DNA of 54,380 nucleotides, counting the filler, from Catajapyx aquilonaris (Eukaryota), in the NCBI GenBank assembly GCA_000934665.2. It is 3 parts of 3 records of this genome, joined end to end, with 100 filler letters (N's around TTAATTAATTAA, not from the genome) between each part and the next. Parts side by side here need not be neighbours in the genome. Positions count along the whole stretch, not along the records: positions 28,935 to 54,380 come from JYFJ02007807.1; 2 more parts are not named here. The stretch is one strand, 5' to 3'. A program made the translations under genes and the position numbers. The notes under the pieces were generated by a model, which saw nothing but the letters and a program-made list of their open reading frames with translations, was not told the origin of the DNA and did no database searches. This document shows, piece after piece, positions 48,801 to 54,380 of this stretch. Within the stretch, counting starts at the first letter, position 1. The number at the start of each line of letters is the position of its first letter.

Positions 48801-51800
48801 TCTGGGTGAATAATGCCCAGAGCACAATCACATATGCAGGGCACGTGCAGATGGCCCATTTATGTGTGCTCATGCACAACATAATAGCATACACTGATGT
48901 CACCCCATGTCATCCCAAACAACAAGAGCAACATCACATTTTTGTACAACGCGATAATCAGTGATAAGACGTATGTCACCCACATTTACAATCCGGACCC
49001 CCACTGTCCATATTATTCACGGAGATACCAGGTGGTCCTGACATGGGCACCACTGTTTGTACTACATGGCATGATTGAATGCAGTGACCTACCAGGAAGG
49101 TGCAGAGTGAAGTATTCATATACACGTTGGCGTGTAAACTGGGATTACTACCGAACCATAATACAGTAGGCACACGTCCACACACGAGGGTTTTATCAAA
49201 GGAAATCCGATATTCATCCCCAGCACCGATTTTGGTTATAATATCATCGCCCGTGACTAGTCACTTTTTTGCTGCACTGTATGAGCCTGCATGCGAGTGT
49301 GTCCCTAGGGGAGGTAGAGTGGGAGGGGAAAAAAGCAATTTCCCTTTCTTCGGTGGTGTTTCTATTTTTTTTTACTATGAGATCCATCAGTCAAAGGCTG
49401 GGACTAGGGTACTGTTGACCAAAACCCAGACAGACAGTGACGAATGGATTGGCTGACAAGTTACCCAGGAGAATTATGCTCCCATTCCACGCTCATTATC
49501 ACCGTTTTTGGTGGTCCAGCGTAATGGTTCTTTGGTTTGTGGCGAAAGCTCAAAAATGGACTGATTCGGCGGATATGTATTTATTTTATTACATGGCGCA
49601 TGGCTGTATGCTCCCATTGTGTTTGTTCGTGGCACTCCGCACAAAAATGAGGCTCATCCACAGAAAAATATGATAATGGAGAAGGGTGATCCACGCGTCC
49701 TTTTTACACGGTGAAAAACAAATTTGGGCAGAGGATCACGTTTCCAGAGCAGGCTGATTTATGCACTAAAATTAAAATTTCCGGAAGCAAGTGGACGGCC
49801 GGCAGGGCGAATGAAAGCGAAATCCTGGCTCATGTGTGTGCGTGTGGGAGTGTCTGTTACCCAACTATACAGCGACCACGATCGTTGTCGTCACTTGTGA
49901 CACTAAATCGGGCTCAAATATGAGCTACAGGCGGCTTGGATCAGTCAAACGCCATCAGTTTGTGACGTGAATAACTGACCTTTTTTTCCTGGGTGTAGGA
50001 GACAACATCACCGTCCAGTGTTTGCTGGCCGTCAACATAAATCCGGGACTCAATTATAGGCTTTTTTCCTCTCTCTTTGAAACATTAGATCAACACTGGC
50101 ATGTCGGATGTTATGGCAAAGAACGCCCTTGTGTGACAAAATGTATCAGAAGTTTGCCCAAATTAGGGATGCTCTGGTATTTGGAGTTAATTGGAGGGCT
50201 TGCTGTGGTTTTTCAATAATTGACTGAAATAGGAAGCCATTTTTGCAGCCACGCTGTTTCAAATTTCATGCAACACGTAGAGTATGCCTGCAGCGGTATT
50301 CAGACGCGAGTAATTAATTTATGTGGGTTTTGTTGCTACAATTCAGTGTATGTCGTCATTCACTCCTAAATATCTCTCACTTGTCGGTGATGTTTAACTC
50401 AAAATGCCGACACTGCTGTGCAGTATGAGGTTATTAATGTTGCAGAGCACTGAAAATGTAGGTACACTGTGTGCACTGTAGATTTGAGCTTACATAGTCA
50501 TATAGTCAATAAATAGTAAATGTCAACATGTGGCGTAAATGCAATAACGTAATTGATTCCTCGTGACAGTTGGCATGTAGTCTACAGTACTTCTAGAATT
50601 GACATTTACAGTTTTGATTACTTTGACGTTAATCTATTACATGAAGTTGGCACTCATAATTTTAAGCTGATTATATTGTATTTTAGGGTAGAATCAGAAA
50701 TAGAAATAAGTTGTATTACAGGTTATGATTGTCATATTAATATTAGTTTACACCATTACAAAGTACAATACAGAAAAATGCTATGATTTACTATTATTTA
50801 TGTGGCAACTAGTCCGATATTGCATGGAATTCACCATCTTAGTCAATAGCAAAATAAATGCAATGTACTTTTATAGGAACATTCATACGATAATTACACT
50901 CACATTTCCACTGCAATCTTTAGACGCTTCAGTTAGTATTTTACAGGGTATAGACACCGTTTTGGTTCAGAAGTCACTGGAGAGTTCATTGCTTGGAAGC
51001 GCTTCACAAAATGTCTGTATGAAGTGCTGTCATTTGAGACATGCAGCTCCCAAGTCCTAGTGGCAAAATGGGACCACGTCTTGACCAGGTGGTGCCTGAG
51101 TGACGTTTTCTGAGGAAAATGTGGAAAGCTTCACTATTCACAGAGTGACATGATTCAGTGCCTTGAAAGAACGCTTTACGAATCAGGGACACCTTACAAC
51201 CTGTGCAAGAAAAATAATTACATAATTTGTAACTAAAGAAAATAATGTTTATTGCGTAAATAATTACACATCCGATTATGTCGAGAAATTCTGAAGATTA
51301 CGGACTATTTCGAAAGCACAACGTTCCATCTGAGTCCTGGGGTTCCAGAAGTTAATTATGACTAGTTTAGACTTGATAAAATGTTGCAAGTACCGGTAGT
51401 TGTGACTTTGATCATCCGAAAATCAGACATTATAGCCCAGCTTTATCCTATCACAAATTATGAAGTTTTAATTTCGAATTTAACATTCCCACCAGACGGG
51501 TTAGATCTGTTCATTCATCATTATCCCGTGAGAATGATGAGACCGATCTATCTGAATATTACATAACTGGCCTCATCCAATCATGAAACCGATTGCAAAG
51601 AGAGTCCTTCTAACTAAAGAAGGCATAATACCCCTCTGCATGTTTGGTGCATCACCAGAAAAAGGTCACTTTAATTCTGCACATCCTGCGGGCAAATCCT
51701 GGCAGCAGGGCTGGCAGGTCCATTTCAAGAATCCTCGGCTTTTCCCATCTGACCATCCCGCCCGCACTGCCGGATTGGTGCTTGGATGTCAAGGGTTATC

Positions 51801-52481
51801 CGGGAGCTTTAAATGTGTAATTGGATGAGAGCTGGGGAAAGAGAAACACAGGAAGGCCGCTGCCCGTGCCTTTCCGGTAATCGCTTACATCGACGTCGGG
51901 GCTCCAGCTCGGGCCTCCTCATGTAACCAAATTGAAAGGTGACTTTTTCCAGGGGAACTTGGGGGGACCAGGATTGCGCGCCTTTTATTCCCCTGTTTTT
52001 TTTCCCAGCACTTCTCCCCCCAGTCCCCCATTTCGAATGTGCTCTCTCACTACAGTAGAGTCCTAGTTCCCCCGGGTAGGAGGGTTTGGATTAATGGAAG
52101 ACGGGGAGGAAGCCACCCACTCGGACGTGACATTTACGTGTCCCAAAAGACTTCCAAATCACTTCATCTTTTCTCGGTTTCGCTCTGGTAAACAAGGAGC
52201 ACTGCCGTGCGTGGACCCAACGACGCTTATCACGTGGGGGAAAGCAGTAAATCTTCATTTTACAAATATGCTGGAATCTGGAATTGCGACGACTCTTTCC
52301 ATTTCCTGATTGATAAGAAGGTCTTTGGACAATTATCTAGAGATGGTAATCCATCAACTAGTAAAGATTGGTCTTTCTGTAGACAAGCATTGCTAAAGTG
52401 TTTAGTCGTTAACACACTGTTAACACAACAGTGCAATGAGTCATGACAACAAACTTATTGCATACTATCAGAGTATTTTTA

Positions 52482-52805
52482 TTTCTGTCCCCATGTTTTA
52501 CAAGGAATGTTTTTAGTTCCTTTCATTATGCAGGATTTCGCACTGTCCAAGTCCCTAGTTCAAACGGGTGGTAGGGGAAACCGTTATGGATTGATCAACC
52601 TTGCAACCAGTTTAAAGACAAGCAACGCGCTGGCTCACATTTACAAGTAGTAAATTGCAACGCTTTAAACTGGTTGTTGGGATAAACACAATCCGTAACT
52701 TTTCTCCCTACCGCCCGTTTGAACTAGGGACTTGGACAGTGCGAAATCCTGCATAATGAAAGGAACTAAAAACATTGCTGGTAAAACATAATATGGGGAC
52801 AGAAA
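52482..52805. mobile_element. Foldback element with ~135-bp arms
   Basis: 63-bp perfect inverted core (52506-52568 vs 52714-52776) with imperfect extension both ways; 9-bp direct repeat atcagagta at 52467-52475 and 52817-52825. Confidence 0.8.
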
Positions 52806-53244
52806 GAATGGGCATCATCAGAGTACATGTAGATTTTTGTAACGTGCGAGTATTTTCCTTACAGGAATGGAAATACTAGTGGTTCTCGTAATGTGGTATG
52901 GTTACAGCTAAATATCGCCAATGTACTGTATAAGCTAGATCAATTTAATGAGATTTCAGGATAAATACGAAATTGCGAGATTGCGTAGATTGTGAGAATC
53001 CAGAGAATGCATATTTTGCGAGGAACAGAAGGGATTTGGCACAAGCTTGTGCAAAACTGTATAAAATGTGTCATATATTCGCTCAAATCAGGTGCTGCGT
53101 ATTATAAAGTGATGAAATCTAATCCACCGAAATGGATCGTGATAGTTGTTAAATTATTATTGAGCCTTAATCATTTGACTTCTTGTCAGTATAATAGCCT
53201 TCACTTTTTATGTGCGATAATGTAGGCCATACAGTATTGATATA

Positions 53245-53478
53245 AACCGAAGCGGGTTGGCATGGTGGATAAGGCGCCCGACTGCTAATCGGGAGGTCCT
53301 GGGTTCGAATCCCGGGGCAGACGATCCTGACCGTGATTTTCTGGGTTTTCCACGGTCTTCCTATAGGATAATTTCAGGGTCGCTTCCGTATAATAGGCCA
53401 CAGCCGCTTCCTTCCTTCCCTATCCTTGGAGGTTGAAGAGGCAATGTCGGGCCAACCTCCCTAATATCAATTATAAAG
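53245..53478 (+). mobile_element. tRNA-derived SINE, copy 1
   Basis: A box tggcatggtgg, anticodon-like ccga-ctGCTaa-tcgg, B box ggttcgaatccc; body shared with 53768-54000; degenerate TSD (tattgatata / tatttatgta). Confidence 0.85.
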
Positions 53479-53509
53479 TATTTATGTAAATACGGTATCA
53501 TGCAACCTC

Positions 53510-53746
53510 TCCGCTTATCCTTACTCTCCAAAGCAACCCAAGCGTCTCAGTAGTTCCTGACGAAGCCTAATCGGCAGGATAAACATTTTGAGAAAGGCAC
53601 TATGATGTAAAATCTCGTGTGGAAATATTTTCATATGAGATTTTACAGTACGGTACGCCTACTGCCTACCCGTTTATCCTGCCAGTTAGGCTTTTTTCAG
53701 AATAGGCGAGACGCTTGGGTTGCTCGGGAGAGTTAGGATAAGTGGA
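53510..53746. repeat. Pair of ~75-bp diverged inverted repeats between the two SINEs
   Basis: 53510-53584 matches the reverse complement of 53672-53746 (shared cttatcct, agcaacccaagcgtctc, aagcctaa, ggcaggataaac). Confidence 0.75.
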
Positions 53747-53767
53747 TGCTGACTGTTGTATGATACT

Positions 53768-54000
53768 AACCGAAGGAGGTTGGCATAGTGGATAAGGCGT
53801 CCGACTGCTAATCGGGAGGTCCTGGGTTCGAATCCCGGGGCCGGCAACCCTGGCCGTGGTTTTCTGTGCTTTTCCACGGTCTTTCTAGGATAATTCCGGG
53901 GTCGCTTCCGTATAATAGGCCACAGCCGCTTCCTTCCTTCCCTATCCTTGGAGGTTGAAAGGCAATGCTGGGCCAACATCCTTAAATATCAATTATAAAG
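53768..54000 (+). mobile_element. tRNA-derived SINE, copy 2, with target-site duplication
   Basis: Same family as 53245-53478; perfect 12-bp TSD ttgtatgatact at 53756-53767 and 54001-54012. Confidence 0.9.
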
Positions 54001-54380
54001 TTGTATGATACTGTAGACCTACACGTGTACTGTACTGTATAATACTCGTCGGATAATTCCTTGCTTATCAACCATCAGACCCTTCCCCCACTGATTTTGA
54101 CAAAACCTGACATATTTTACTTTTAGGATGCCACAGATGTATGAAACTTTGCATAAATATATGCTAATGGACTACCCCGACAGGTACGGAAGGTCACGCA
54201 AAACTTTACTGTGACAGACGGCTATTTCTTTCGTTTTCCTGAATAGCATAACTTCGAGGGGCGGGATCTTGCGGGTAAACCCTATCCCACCAAAAACCTT
54301 TCTGTAAAAAAAGGCCAAGTTCTCCTGACTGCTTGGCCGTCAAAAGTGGTGAGATCTGAAATACGGCCAAGTTCAACGTC

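Noticed and set aside
53253..53330. tRNA-Ser(GCU) genes, tempting to link to SerRS (also about 53776-53850)
   Set aside because: No acceptor stem or long variable arm, a shared non-tRNA body and TSDs show they are SINE heads. They are also on a different contig from SerRS.
53556..53584. Hammerhead-like CTGACGA-a-GCC-taatc-GGC segment
   Set aside because: The required GAAA does not follow stem II (it reads AGGATAAAC), and the core is not preserved in the inverted copy.

Overview
Eukaryotic genomic DNA with arthropod-like proteins and short GT-AG introns. It is three pieces joined by artificial 100-nt spacers (44N-TTAATTAATTAA-44N at 14361-14460 and 28835-28934), so adjacency across the spacers is not established. 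Piece 1 (1-14360) holds eIF2B-beta (+), cytosolic seryl-tRNA synthetase (-), serine palmitoyltransferase subunit 1 (-), the first exon of an unknown secreted protein, and two head-to-tail non-autonomous Helitrons, one carrying a MITE. Piece 2 (14461-28834) holds a tRNA-Ala pseudogene with a minisatellite, a complete UDP-glycosyltransferase, an integrin-beta-like gene and a probable orphan terminal exon. Piece 3 (28935-54380) has no recognisable gene, only SINEs, MITE/foldback elements and microsatellites. Two observations stand out. (1) SerRS intron 2 hides an in-frame, phase 0/0 cassette exon (5008-5229) encoding an eEF1B-alpha-type GST-C-like module, which would give a SerRS isoform able to dock on the elongation-factor complex. 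(2) The intact 8-exon integrin-beta gene stops right after I-EGF1 and lacks the Cys that would otherwise be unpaired, predicting a secreted integrin-beta headpiece with remodelled metal sites. All gene models were spliced by hand, and family assignments come from recalled motifs, not database searches.
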